Position numbers and translations under genes: made by a program
Assembly: GCA_902774115.1 (NCBI GenBank)
Contig: CACYHH010000002.1
Location: 115,894-179,893 of the forward strand
Origin: an uncultured Spirochaetales bacterium
Lineage (GTDB): Bacteria > UBP6 > UBA1177
Direction of reading: 5' to 3'
DNA: 64,000 bases
Notes under the pieces: generated by a model
The model's database searches: none
What the model saw: only the letters and a program-made list of their open reading frames with translations
What the model was told of the DNA's origin: nothing
Shown: positions 38,064-48,228 of the stretch, in pieces
Layout: every line of letters begins with the position of its first letter
Position numbering within the stretch: the stretch's first letter is position 1

Positions 38064-38196
38064 TCAGCCTCCCAAAAAAGCCGCGAATATTAACAATATT
38101 TTCGGGAAAGTAAAATTTCATCGTCATGCCGTTATTGCTTTTGGTGCGCGCCATCGATATGTCGGGATTTTGAAATACCGGCATTTCGACACGATT

Positions 38197-38844
38197 TTAG
38201 GCGCGATACATTTTCAGGAAAGGATTGAATTTCTTTTCGAGAGCGATCGAGGTGTTTTCGTCATGACCGGGATAGACAACCGTTTCATCAGGAAGACTGA
38301 GCAGTTTGTTTTTTATGCTTTCAATGATTTTTCTGCCGTCTCCGCCGGGAAAATCGGTTCTTCCGATGCTGCTTCTGAAAAGGGTGTCGCCCGAAAAAAG
38401 GAGGTGATTTTCGCAGATGTCCGATTTTTCGATGTAGAAACATGTGCTGCCCGGCGTATGTCCCGGCGTGTGGAGAACTTTGATTTTTGTTCCTGCAAAA
38501 TCGAGTGTCATGCCGTCTTCGAGTTTTATGTCGGCTTTTCCTTTGAAAACGAAAGTGAAGCCGAATTCTTCCGAAAAGTTGAGCTGCGGCGAATAGAGCC
38601 AGTCGTGTTCGAAAGTGCTGACGGCCGTTTTTGCTTCCGGAAACGCTTTTTTGACATCGTTGAGCCCGCCGATGTGGTCAAAATGAGTGTGTGTCAGAAG
38701 AATATACCGCACATCGAAATTTTCTGCGGCTTTTATGATCTTTTCAGCATCGCCGCCGGGATCGATTATGAATGCGGCACCGGCTTCAGAAACGATGTAA
38801 CAGTTAGCTCCGATGGGAGCGACTTGTATTTTACGGATTTCCAT
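38197..38844 (-). CDS. MBL-fold metallo-hydrolase (glyoxalase II-like)
   Basis: THTHFDHIGG, HTPGHTPG, FSGDTLF, GRTDFPGG, YPGH. Confidence 0.9.
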   Translation of the reverse strand: MEIRKIQVAPIGANCYIVSEAGAAFIIDPGGDAEKIIKAAENFDVRYILLTHTHFDHIGGLNDVKKAFPEAKTAVSTFEHDWLYSPQLNFSEEFGFTFVFKGKADIKLEDGMTLDFAGTKIKVLHTPGHTPGSTCFYIEKSDICENHLLFSGDTLFRSSIGRTDFPGGDGRKIIESIKNKLLSLPDETVVYPGHDENTSIALEKKFNPFLKMYRA

Positions 38845-38968
38845 TTTTACCTCCTTGAATAAAGCCGGAAGATTATACGGAGGTGACGGAAAATTGGAAT
38901 TTTTGGGACGTTTTTCTGCCGCAAAAATCGAAAAATCTCATGTTTTCAGTGGATTGTGTTTAATTAAA

Positions 38969-38996
38969 TTGACAAAATGGCGTTTTTGCGTAATGT
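38969..38996 (+). promoter_or_regulatory. Sigma70-type promoter of the LysM-kinase operon
   Basis: TTGACA-N16-TAATGT. Confidence 0.6.
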
Positions 38997-39047
38997 ATCA
39001 CGGTTATTTTTGTTTTGTCTTATAATTAAGATATAAGGAGTTTACCG

Positions 39048-40319
39048 ATGAAAACGATGATTCTTGCTTTTGTTTTGATGTTTTCGACTCTCATGTTTGC
39101 CGAAGAAGTTCCACCGGCAAGCGCGGAAGAAGTTCCGGTTCCGGATTTTATCAATCTCGACAATGTCGATCTCAATTCAGCTCCCGAAACTTACGAAGTC
39201 GCTCCGGGCGACACCCTTTGGGATATAAGCGAAAAGGAACTTAAAAGCCCGTGGTACTGGCCTAAAGTCTGGTCTCTCAATCCGCAGATCCAGAATCCGC
39301 ACAGAATCTATCCCGGAGACAAAATCTCTTTCCGTCCTACCGGCGAAATGATGATGCCAGGCGAAGAGGGAACCAACGCAAACGGTTCATACGGTGAGAA
39401 CGGCGAAGAAGGCTACAGCGCTGAGTATGAAGACGAAGGCGAAACCGATTCTCTTGCTCAGACTGGCAAAACGCTTGACGCTACACCGGAAAATTATAAG
39501 AGTTTTGTAAAACTCGGCGGAAAATACAGAGTTGACAGGTTCAAACAGATCGACGACACCCTTTTCGATGTCGTTCAGAAAGGTTTTGTCGGCAACACCG
39601 AAGAAGAGAAAATGGCGAAGATAGTCGCTTCCTTCGAGCCGAAAGAGCTTCTTTCTACAGGAGACAACGTATATGTCGAACTCGGTGACGACGATGATGA
39701 CGACAAAGACGATAAAGAGAAAAAAGGGGGAAAACCTCATTTCCAGATCGGCGACTATGTTGAAATCATCCATGTCAAAGAAAAAATCAAACATCCCGAC
39801 ACCGGTGATAAAATCGGTTCGATCGTCGATATAGTCGGCAGAGGCAAAGTTCTCGACATCGGCAAAAAGAAGAAAGACGAAGACAAAGACGATAAAGACA
39901 CTCAGATCGCGACAGTCAAGATCATAAAGTCTTACGATGCGATAGAGCGCGGTTTCTATGTACGTGAATACGTCGAAACGGAAGACAGCGTAAAAGTCAC
40001 CGAACCTGCATCCGACATCAAGGCGAAGATCCTCACCGGTTACGATCCGACTTTCTTCTACGGTCCTAACTACATCGTTTACCTTGACAAAGGCAGCGAC
40101 GACGGCGTTGAAAAAGGCGTTATGCTCTCTGTTTACAGAAAGGGCGACGGTCTTAAAGAATTCGAAGGCAAGGCTTCTCCGGCAGGGCTTCCTTATGAAA
40201 TGATCGGCGAGCTCGTAGTCGTTCAGGTTGCCGAAAAAACTTCAGTAGCGATCATTACAAACAGCATCACCGCTCTCGAAGCGGGCGACACTGCGGTCTC
40301 AGGCGAGATTGAAGAATAA
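39048..40319 (+). CDS. LysM peptidoglycan-binding protein (TsaP-like)
   Basis: Signal peptide, YEVAPGDTLWDIS...PWYWPKVWSLNPQIQNPHRIYPGD, C-terminal VYLDKGSDDGV...IGELVVV. Confidence 0.8.
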   Translation: MKTMILAFVLMFSTLMFAEEVPPASAEEVPVPDFINLDNVDLNSAPETYEVAPGDTLWDISEKELKSPWYWPKVWSLNPQIQNPHRIYPGDKISFRPTGEMMMPGEEGTNANGSYGENGEEGYSAEYEDEGETDSLAQTGKTLDATPENYKSFVKLGGKYRVDRFKQIDDTLFDVVQKGFVGNTEEEKMAKIVASFEPKELLSTGDNVYVELGDDDDDDKDDKEKKGGKPHFQIGDYVEIIHVKEKIKHPDTGDKIGSIVDIVGRGKVLDIGKKKKDEDKDDKDTQIATVKIIKSYDAIERGFYVREYVETEDSVKVTEPASDIKAKILTGYDPTFFYGPNYIVYLDKGSDDGVEKGVMLSVYRKGDGLKEFEGKASPAGLPYEMIGELVVVQVAEKTSVAIITNSITALEAGDTAVSGEIEE

Positions 40320-41994
40320 GTTCCTAATATTTTTACCTATTTTATTTTCTTTTTTTCTGTTTCTTTTTGTCTGTTTCAATTTTACCGATTCAAATGTTCT
40401 CGGTCATGCGATAGAAAAAGAGAGTTCTTTTTTTGCCGATGCAGGAAGTTTCAAGGCTGATCTCGACTCTCTCGACAGTTTTTCCGCGATGTACGAAAAA
40501 GCGGAAGAAAGTGTGCTGCCGAATGATTTCCTGACGTCCCGCATTCAGTCCGTGATAAGCAGGAACGCCCCTTTCATAAATGATGAAAGCGGAGAGCGTC
40601 TTTCATCGAGGATCGGGGATTTTTCGGTAAAAATTGTGACCGCAGGCGAGGCGCTGACTGAAGCGTCTGCCGAGGAAAAACCCCGCATAATTGCTTCTCT
40701 GCGGGCTGATATCTCGACTTTGAAGGATATGACAGACCTCGCTGCGAGGCAGAAACTCGGAATTATCCAGTACAGCTACTTTGTGTGGCAGGATTTCATC
40801 AACAAAACCGTGATAGCTGTTTCGGCGCTGTTTTTTCTTATAACTCTGATTCTTACGGTTCTTCTTTTGAAAAAGAGAAAAAGTGCAGTCAGACTGCTTT
40901 CCCTGATAGGTTTGGGCGCAAACGCTTCGGCTGACGACGCGGCGGAAGAGATCCGCAAGCTGACGGAAGCGAAGAACGCGGAACTTGACGAAATAGGGAA
41001 GAAATATGCCCGCGAACAGATCGTCGGAAAGAGGAAGGAGGATCTTCTCAACGCCATTCCGGAAGGACTTTCGGCGGCAGCTTCGGGGCGTGTGACTTTC
41101 GTTAATAAAACAATGAATGAGTGGTTCGGAGTTGACGGATCGTTTATCGGCGAAGAGATGAAAACCGTTTTTGACAAGGTCGGAAGCGACGGCGCGGAAG
41201 GCAAATTCACAAACGGCGAGGAAACTTATCAGCTTTCTGTTTCCCAGGGACAGAACGAAACCTTTTATATTATAAGGAATATAACGAAATCGGAAGAACT
41301 TTCGAGCAAGCTGCTCAATTCCGAGCGTCTCGCTTCGATCGGCGAAATGGCGGCGCGCATCACTCACGAAATCAGAAATCCGCTCAATACGATCAAGATG
41401 AACAGCGATTATCTGCTTGAGAATATCGGCAAAACCGAGCCTGAAGAAAAAAGGCAGCTTCTTTCTCTCGTTGTAAAGGAAGTCGAGCGTTTGGAGCAGA
41501 TCACTAACGAGTATATGGGAAAGGTGAACTACAGCAGGAGCGGTTCGGGCGACAGCGGAGTTTCCGTTCCTTCTGATATCGTCGAGTTTCTTTCCTTTCA
41601 TCTTCCTGAACTGAAAAAGCGGAATATCGAGCTTACGGTCGGCAGGAGCGAGCCTCTTTCGATTTCAATTTCGCTTTCATCCTTCAAGGAAATCATGCTC
41701 AATCTGCTGAAAAACGCGTGGGAAGAACTCGAAAACGGCGGAAAAATAGCGGTGAACTTCGGCAGAAACGGCAATTCTGCGGTTATTTCGGTTGAAGATT
41801 CAGGCCGCGGTGTTCCGCAGAGCGAGCGGGAGACTATATTTAAGAATTTCTACACGAAAAAACCTGGCGGCACAGGAATAGGCTTAAGTCATTCGAGAAA
41901 ACTTGCTGTTGAAGCGGGAGGGAAACTCTATGTCGGAGATTCCGCGCTCGGCGGCGCGGCGTTTATCCTTGAGATTCCGCTCAAAAGAAAGTAG
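40309..41994 (+). CDS. Sensor histidine kinase
   Basis: Two TM segments, ITHEIRNPL H-box, NLLKNA, EDSGRG, GGTGIGL. Confidence 0.92.
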   Translation: MKNKFLIFLPILFSFFLFLFVCFNFTDSNVLGHAIEKESSFFADAGSFKADLDSLDSFSAMYEKAEESVLPNDFLTSRIQSVISRNAPFINDESGERLSSRIGDFSVKIVTAGEALTEASAEEKPRIIASLRADISTLKDMTDLAARQKLGIIQYSYFVWQDFINKTVIAVSALFFLITLILTVLLLKKRKSAVRLLSLIGLGANASADDAAEEIRKLTEAKNAELDEIGKKYAREQIVGKRKEDLLNAIPEGLSAAASGRVTFVNKTMNEWFGVDGSFIGEEMKTVFDKVGSDGAEGKFTNGEETYQLSVSQGQNETFYIIRNITKSEELSSKLLNSERLASIGEMAARITHEIRNPLNTIKMNSDYLLENIGKTEPEEKRQLLSLVVKEVERLEQITNEYMGKVNYSRSGSGDSGVSVPSDIVEFLSFHLPELKKRNIELTVGRSEPLSISISLSSFKEIMLNLLKNAWEELENGGKIAVNFGRNGNSAVISVEDSGRGVPQSERETIFKNFYTKKPGGTGIGLSHSRKLAVEAGGKLYVGDSALGGAAFILEIPLKRK

Positions 41995-42085
41995 GTCTGA
42001 ATACTGTTCTGATCACTTTTTTGATTGCATAAAATTTATTTATACGTAAAATCTTTCGATATTTTTTTGCTGTTGGGAGGCAGAA

Positions 42086-43672
42086 ATGAAAAAAATCAAT
42101 TTTGTTTTTATCGTGTTTTTTTCGCTTTTTCTCGTAGTTTCATGCGGAGGTGACACCGATTCATGCACTCAGAACGAAGACTGCGGAAACGGTTTTACCT
42201 GTGATCAGAATGCAGGGGAATGCATTCCTGAAAACGGAGGGGGAAACGAAGGAAAAACGGACGAAAACGGAAACCCTAATGATGGTGGGAATCAGGACGG
42301 AGGTAACGGCAGCGGCAATAATTCCGGTGACAACCCTGAGGAAGATCCGGGGCAGAGCGGCATCTACGTAGCATGCACCCCCGGAGAAACCCGCCCGTGT
42401 TATGAAGGTCCGAGCGGCACGGAAGGTGTCGGTATATGCAAAGCCGGTATTGCCGAGTGCGTTGAAGACGGAAGCGACTGGAGCGAATGCAGGGATCAGG
42501 TCCTGCCGAGAACCGAAATATGCGGCGACGGCATAGATCAGGACTGCGACGGCGAAGATGTTACGCCGGAAAATGCCAAAGATATCGACGGGGACGGCTA
42601 CACTTACTGCTCCGGCGACTGCTGTGAAACGACATGGGACTGCAATGCCGATCCTGAAAAAGTCAATCCATCTTCGTATGAAGTACAGATGAACGGTGTC
42701 GATGACAACTGCGACGGTCACATAGACGAATCGGTTTCTCCGTGTGACTCCGGAATTATGACCGAGACAACGAATCCGATGGATATGGCGCAGTCAATCG
42801 ACCTTTGCCCGGTGGTTGACGACAAATCATTCGGCGTAGTAAGTGCAAAACTTCTTTTCCCTGACGGAACTGAAGGCACGATTCCGGCTCAGCAGCACGC
42901 TGTTCTTACCGGTTACGGCAATGTTTTGAAACCGAAAGCGGGAACATCGTTTCTTGCCTTTTCTACAGGTAAAGTTACTGCCGGTCAGGATGAATTTTCA
43001 GTTGACAACGGTACTTCAAGCGATGCTCCGGCCGACTGGTTTCAGGCAAACGGAGGAGTAAGTTTCCCCGATTCTCCGGCATGTCAGGGCGGGCTTGTGC
43101 AGCAGAGTGACCCGGGCAAACCGCCGTTGAACGATCCGGTAATGCTTGAACTGGTTATCCGTGCTCCGAAAAACGCGGAGGCATTCGGTGTCGGTGTTTA
43201 CTATATCAGCAGCGAGTTTCCGCAGTATGTCTGTCAGTACAATGACTTTTTCGTCATGCTTCTCGACACGGCGTTCACAACGACAGATCCTAATCTTCAG
43301 AATCCTGCCGACAAAAACATCGCGATGGACGGTCTCGGCAATCCGCTCGGCATAAACCTTGCGAAATCAGGACTTTTCACAGTCTGCTGCCCGAGAAACG
43401 CTTTTCCGAGCTGTCAGGGCGATGAAGAGCTCAAAGGAACTCCCTTCACACCGAATCAGTGTCCCAGCGGCATGATCGGCGCTGTTACCATGGAAAATGC
43501 TCACGGCGCGACAGGCTGGCTCGAAGTCAGAGGCAATATTGTTCCGGGAGAAGAATTCAAACTCAGAATGGCTATCTGGGATACGAATGACCACGTTCTT
43601 GACAGCATGGTTCTTATCGACAATTTCCAGTGGTATGAAGTTGCCGGCAAGCCCGGTATCGCTCCGAAATAA
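42086..43672 (+). CDS. Cys-rich surface lipoprotein with MopE-like repeats and choice-of-anchor-L-like domain
   Basis: VVSCGG lipobox, CTPGETRPCY, EICGDGIDQDCDG, NGVDDNCDG, YNDFF...GATGWL...AIWD...DSMVLIDNF. Confidence 0.72.
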   Translation: MKKINFVFIVFFSLFLVVSCGGDTDSCTQNEDCGNGFTCDQNAGECIPENGGGNEGKTDENGNPNDGGNQDGGNGSGNNSGDNPEEDPGQSGIYVACTPGETRPCYEGPSGTEGVGICKAGIAECVEDGSDWSECRDQVLPRTEICGDGIDQDCDGEDVTPENAKDIDGDGYTYCSGDCCETTWDCNADPEKVNPSSYEVQMNGVDDNCDGHIDESVSPCDSGIMTETTNPMDMAQSIDLCPVVDDKSFGVVSAKLLFPDGTEGTIPAQQHAVLTGYGNVLKPKAGTSFLAFSTGKVTAGQDEFSVDNGTSSDAPADWFQANGGVSFPDSPACQGGLVQQSDPGKPPLNDPVMLELVIRAPKNAEAFGVGVYYISSEFPQYVCQYNDFFVMLLDTAFTTTDPNLQNPADKNIAMDGLGNPLGINLAKSGLFTVCCPRNAFPSCQGDEELKGTPFTPNQCPSGMIGAVTMENAHGATGWLEVRGNIVPGEEFKLRMAIWDTNDHVLDSMVLIDNFQWYEVAGKPGIAPK

Positions 43673-43711
43673 ATAATGAGGCGTTTTGCCGCGTCTCTAA
43701 ATCCCTTTCAT

Positions 43712-43739
43712 TTGACTTGTTCAATATAACTCGTAAAAT
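43712..43739 (+). promoter_or_regulatory. Sigma70-type promoter of folP-cdaA-cdaR-cysC
   Basis: TTGACT-N16-TAAAAT. Confidence 0.72.
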
Positions 43740-43765
43740 TCAGCGGTTTTTGTTTCGAGGCGCTT

Positions 43766-44959
43766 ATGATTGTTTATCCTTTCAGAATTCTTGATGAAGA
43801 ATACGGACCGCTGATGAAGAAACTTGAGGTTTCGGAGTGCGGCTCTTCGATCATGCGCGGACGTTTTTCAGTGAAAACTTTCATGGTGTCGGATATTTCC
43901 ACTCCAGCGGCGAATGTCGTGAAACAGCAGGTTCTTGCTTTGGGCGGCGAGGCTGCCGTTCCGGCACATGCCGTAAACTGCTCTCAACCGAAAAGTGATT
44001 TCGTTTTTTCTCTCAGAAGCGACAAAATTTCTGAATTTGCCGCAAGGATGAAGGCTCAATGCTGGAAACTGCCTCAAGTTGCGGATTTTATTGAAAAATT
44101 TGTCGGATCTCAGAAGCCGTGGTTTTCTTTTTCACACCCTGGGATCGACACAACGCGGTCGAATATCATGGGCATTCTGAATGTTACTCCCGATTCTTTT
44201 TCGGACGGCGGAAGCTGGACGGATATCGATGCCGCTTTGAAACATGTTTCCGAAATGGTTAAAAACGGTGCCGATATAATTGATGTCGGCGGCGAATCGA
44301 CACGCCCGGGAAGTGATCCGGTCGATGCCGAAACCGAGAAAAGGCGCGTCGTTCCTGTAATCAGCGAGATAAAAAAGCAGTTTCCTAAGGCTGTGATTTC
44401 AATCGATACGGTGAAAAGTTCGGTGGCAAAAGCTGCGATTAACGCAGGTGCCGAGATCGTGAACGATGTGAGCGGTCTCACTTTTGATTCCGAAATGGCT
44501 TCAGTCTGCGCCGGTGCAGGAAAGCCTGTAGTGATCGGTCATATCAAAGGATCGCCTAAAGATATGCAGGAAAATCCGGTTTACGGAAATCTGTTCGGCG
44601 AAATGCTCGATTTTTTCAAGAAATCAAAAGAAATGCTGCTTTCAAAAGGTCTTAGTGAAAGCAAAATCATAATTGATCCCGGAATAGGTTTCGGCAAAAC
44701 TCTTGAGCACAATCTGGCGATAATAAAACATCTGGAAGTTTTTTTCTCATGCCTTGATCCGGTTGCGGTAGGTTTCAGCCGCAAAAGCGTGATCGGAGCA
44801 ATTTGCGGGAGAAAAAATCCGCTCGAAAGGCTCGCGGGAACTGTCGCGCTTGACACAATCGCTTTGGAAAAAGGCGCCGCCGTCATAAGAGTCCACGATG
44901 TCAAAGAAGCAAAAGATACTTTGGAAATATTCAACGCTTTAAAGGAGCCGTCATGTTAA
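43766..44959 (+). CDS. folP: Dihydropteroate synthase with N-terminal extension
   Basis: IMGILNVTPDSFSDGG, DVGGESTRPG, DPGIGFGK, GFSRK, IRVHDV. Confidence 0.95.
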   Translation: MIVYPFRILDEEYGPLMKKLEVSECGSSIMRGRFSVKTFMVSDISTPAANVVKQQVLALGGEAAVPAHAVNCSQPKSDFVFSLRSDKISEFAARMKAQCWKLPQVADFIEKFVGSQKPWFSFSHPGIDTTRSNIMGILNVTPDSFSDGGSWTDIDAALKHVSEMVKNGADIIDVGGESTRPGSDPVDAETEKRRVVPVISEIKKQFPKAVISIDTVKSSVAKAAINAGAEIVNDVSGLTFDSEMASVCAGAGKPVVIGHIKGSPKDMQENPVYGNLFGEMLDFFKKSKEMLLSKGLSESKIIIDPGIGFGKTLEHNLAIIKHLEVFFSCLDPVAVGFSRKSVIGAICGRKNPLERLAGTVALDTIALEKGAAVIRVHDVKEAKDTLEIFNALKEPSC

Positions 44960-45744
44960 CTTTTTCTGAATTTCTGATGAATATTGTCGGCAACGATTCA
45001 TTGCCGCTTTTCATTTTCAAAGCCGCAGTCGATTTCTGCTGCATTTACTTTATTTTTTATCTCTTTTTTGTCGAGATAAAGGACAGCAAATCGGTGAGGG
45101 TTACGGTCGGATTCGCGCTTTTGGCTTTGTTTTATCTTTTTGCGAGGATTTTCGATCTTACCGGTATCGAGTGGCTTCTCGGGAATTTCTTTTCCTATGC
45201 CGCGGTGCTGATAATCGTTGTTTTCCGCAATGAAATCAAAAATATGCTTGCTTCGATGAGCATTCTTAACGTCACTATGAAGCAGGAGGAATATTCGGGT
45301 GAAGAGGACGTTATAAGCCACATCGCGAACGCAATGGACTATCTCGCTTCGGTCCGTGAGGGTGCGCTTGTTGTCATCATGCCTTCTGAAGATGTGAAAC
45401 TCGGTGCGATAGCGGAGGGAACCGAAATCGATTCCCTTATTTCGAGAGAACTTCTTCTTACGATTTTTAAGAAAAATTCGCCTCTCCACGACGGCGCGGT
45501 AATCATAAAAAACAGAAGGATTTCAAGGGCTTCAGTATTTTTCTCGCTCAGCACTAACCCCGATATCGACCCTAACTTCGGAACGAGACACCGTGCCGCT
45601 TACGGTATCAGCGAAAAGGTTCCGGGCGCGCTTGTCATCGTAGTCAGCGAGGAGAGAGGCGAAATTTCGCTTCTTCACGGCGGAAGGATCACGCGCGACC
45701 TCAGCAAGGATGCGCTCAAACAGCAGCTTGCAAACAGACTGTAG
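44953..45744 (+). CDS. cdaA: Diadenylate cyclase CdaA/DacA
   Basis: Three N-terminal TM helices, PLHDGA, GTRHRAA, VSEERG. Confidence 0.92.
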   Translation: MLTFSEFLMNIVGNDSLPLFIFKAAVDFCCIYFIFYLFFVEIKDSKSVRVTVGFALLALFYLFARIFDLTGIEWLLGNFFSYAAVLIIVVFRNEIKNMLASMSILNVTMKQEEYSGEEDVISHIANAMDYLASVREGALVVIMPSEDVKLGAIAEGTEIDSLISRELLLTIFKKNSPLHDGAVIIKNRRISRASVFFSLSTNPDIDPNFGTRHRAAYGISEKVPGALVIVVSEERGEISLLHGGRITRDLSKDALKQQLANRL

Positions 45745-45753
45745 GAGATTCCA

Positions 45754-46296
45754 ATGAAGATAATGACACAAAAACCGGGCTTTATCAAAAGGGCTTTTAC
45801 ACACAATCTCCGCGAAAAATTACTGTCGGTGCTGTGCGCTGTCGTGGTGATGTTCGTCGCGGTCTGCTTCAAGCCTGTCAACAAAGTCTATTCCGTAAAG
45901 ATCAACACGAAGATTTCTCCGGATCAGGTGCTTGTTTCTGAAAATATAGACCGTATCGAAGTGAAAGTCAGCGGCAATTTTTTCGAACTGCGTAAAATAA
46001 AAAGCGAAGATCTGGTGATAAATTTCGATTTTTCATCAGAAAAAGCGGGGGAAATCAGCCGCAACATAGGCGACAACGAACTTCCGGCATCGTTTCTCCC
46101 TCTTGATGTTGAAAGTGTTTCGCCGCAGATTCTGGTTTTCATAACGGAAGAGAAAAAGGCGGAACCTGCAGAGACGTTGCCTGAAGCGTCTCCTGAACAA
46201 AAACCTGCCGAATCTGAATCTGAACCGGCAGAAACTGTCGTGCCGAAAACCGATGAAAACGCCGTAAAAACCGAAAACGGGGAGAAAAATGACTGA
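45754..46296 (+). CDS. CdaR/YbbR-like regulator (single domain)
   Basis: HNLREKLLSVLCA TM segment, IEVKVSG, position directly after cdaA. Confidence 0.7.
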   Translation: MKIMTQKPGFIKRAFTHNLREKLLSVLCAVVVMFVAVCFKPVNKVYSVKINTKISPDQVLVSENIDRIEVKVSGNFFELRKIKSEDLVINFDFSSEKAGEISRNIGDNELPASFLPLDVESVSPQILVFITEEKKAEPAETLPEASPEQKPAESESEPAETVVPKTDENAVKTENGEKND

Positions 46297-46813
46297 AAAA
46301 CCGCGTGTCATCTGGTTTACAGGTCTTTCCGGCGCAGGAAAAACGACTCTTGCCGAAAAACTGGCGGTTTATCTCAAAAATTCAGGCGTGAAATGTGAAC
46401 TTCTTGACGGTGACACCGTGAGAAACATCTTTCCGCAGACGGGATTTACCAAAAAAGACCGTGACGAGCACGTGAAACGGATGGGTTTCCTTGCTTCTAT
46501 GCTTGAGCGCAACGGTGTTACGGTCGTCGCTTCTTTTATTTCGCCTTACCGCGAATCACGCGACTTCGTCAGAAAAATGTGCAGAAATTTTGTCGAAGTT
46601 TACGTTTCGACCTCGCTTGAAGTTTGCGAAAAACGCGATGTTAAAGGGCTCTATAAAAAGGCGAGAAAAGGGGAAATCACCTCTTTCACCGGAATCGACG
46701 ATCCTTACGAACCGCCGGTTCAACCTGAAATCACGATAAAAACCGACAACGAAACGGTTGAGGAATCGTTTGAAAAACTGGTCGGGTATCTTGACAAAAC
46801 CGCGACTCAATAA
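46289..46813 (+). CDS. cysC: Adenylyl-sulfate kinase
   Basis: WFTGLSGAGKTT, LDGD, SFISPY, RDVKGLY, FTGIDDPYEPP. Confidence 0.95.
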   Translation: MTEKPRVIWFTGLSGAGKTTLAEKLAVYLKNSGVKCELLDGDTVRNIFPQTGFTKKDRDEHVKRMGFLASMLERNGVTVVASFISPYRESRDFVRKMCRNFVEVYVSTSLEVCEKRDVKGLYKKARKGEITSFTGIDDPYEPPVQPEITIKTDNETVEESFEKLVGYLDKTATQ

Positions 46814-46861
46814 TAAGAAGTGCCGTTTTCTGTTTATTAACTTCAATTTCAGGAGGAAACA

Positions 46862-48103
46862 ATGGTAACAGTAAGACCTTTCAGAGCTATCAGACCGCGT
46901 GACGAAATCGCTTCCAAAGTCGCGGCTTATCCTTACGACGTTCTCAATTCGGAAGAGGCAAGGGAACTTGCGAAAGACAACCCGATCTCTTTCCTTCACA
47001 TCAACAAACCCGAAATCGACCTTCCGAAAGGAACCGATCTCTATGACGACAGCGTTTACGCAAAAGGAAAAGAGAACTTCCAGAAAATGATGAAGGAAGG
47101 TGTTCTCGTTCAGGATAAGGAACCGCACCTTTACATCTACCGCCAGGTTATGAACGGCCACGAGCAGTACGGTATCGTAGGCTGCGCAAGCGCTGACGAC
47201 TACAACAACGACCTCATCAAAAAGCATGAGCTTACCCGTAAGAAAAAAGAGGACGACAGAACCCGCCACGTAATCGAACTCAACATCAACGCAGGCCCTG
47301 TTTTCCTTACCTACAGAGACAACAAACGCATCGACGAACTTGTTGCAGAAGTTGTTAAAAATACTCCGGAAGTAGATTTCACCGCTGACGACGGCATCCG
47401 CCACACGGTTTGGGTAATCAAAGACAACAAGATCAACAACGAAATCACTGGAACGTTCTACAACGAAGTTCCGCTCCTCTACGTTGCTGACGGTCACCAC
47501 AGAAGCGCAAGTGCGGCAAGAGCGAAGGCTGAGAGAATGAAAAACGATCCGCACTGGAACCCGGAAAAGGAATACAACTTCTTCCTCGCTGTTTTCTTCC
47601 CGGCAACCCAGCTCAAGATCCTCGACTACAACAGAGTCCTTCTCACGATGAACGGTCTCACAAAAGAAGAGTTCATGAAGAAAGTTCTCGAAAAGTTCGA
47701 AATCGTCCGCGAAGGCGAAGCAAGACCGAGATGCGCAAAGGAATTCGGCCTTTACATGGATAAAAAATGGATCACGATCAAAGCGAAAGACGGCACTTTC
47801 CCGGCTGATGACCCGATCGAAAGCCTTGACGTCGCTATTCTTCAGAACAACCTTCTTGCTCCCATTCTTGGAATCGGCGATCCGAGAAGCGACGAGAAAA
47901 TCGACTTTGTCGGCGGAATCAGAGGAACCGAAGAGCTCGAAAAGAGAGTCAACAGCGGCGAATGCACGATGGCTTTCAGCATGTTCCCGACCTCGATCGA
48001 ACAGCTTATGAGCGTTGCTGACGCAGGCAGGATCATGCCTCCGAAATCGACATGGTTCGAACCGAAGCTCAGAAGCGGACTTCTCGTCCACATTCTCGAC
48101 TAA
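46862..48103 (+). CDS. DUF1015-family protein
   Basis: VRPFRAIRP, PYDV, IKKHELTR, YVADGHHR, MPPKSTWFEPKLRSGL. Confidence 0.9.
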   Translation: MVTVRPFRAIRPRDEIASKVAAYPYDVLNSEEARELAKDNPISFLHINKPEIDLPKGTDLYDDSVYAKGKENFQKMMKEGVLVQDKEPHLYIYRQVMNGHEQYGIVGCASADDYNNDLIKKHELTRKKKEDDRTRHVIELNINAGPVFLTYRDNKRIDELVAEVVKNTPEVDFTADDGIRHTVWVIKDNKINNEITGTFYNEVPLLYVADGHHRSASAARAKAERMKNDPHWNPEKEYNFFLAVFFPATQLKILDYNRVLLTMNGLTKEEFMKKVLEKFEIVREGEARPRCAKEFGLYMDKKWITIKAKDGTFPADDPIESLDVAILQNNLLAPILGIGDPRSDEKIDFVGGIRGTEELEKRVNSGECTMAFSMFPTSIEQLMSVADAGRIMPPKSTWFEPKLRSGLLVHILD

Positions 48104-48127
48104 TCCGATAGACAGCTGATGTTTTTC

Positions 48128-48157
48128 AGGGCGGAGGGGAAACTCTCCGCCTTTTTT
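48128..48157 (+). terminator. Rho-independent terminator
   Basis: GGCGGAGGG-GAAA-CTCTCCGCC-TTTTTT. Confidence 0.88.
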
Positions 48158-48228
48158 GTTTCAACTAATTTGATAAATAATCGCAAATGTTTAAAATCAC
48201 TTGATTTTGTTGTTTTTATGGAGCGGTT

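Noticed and set aside
46556-48091. 511-aa antisense ORF opposite the DUF1015 gene
   Set aside because: Mirror-frame shadow of a codon-biased gene (few TTA/CTA/TCA codons, so few antisense stops); F/V-rich with no recognisable motifs
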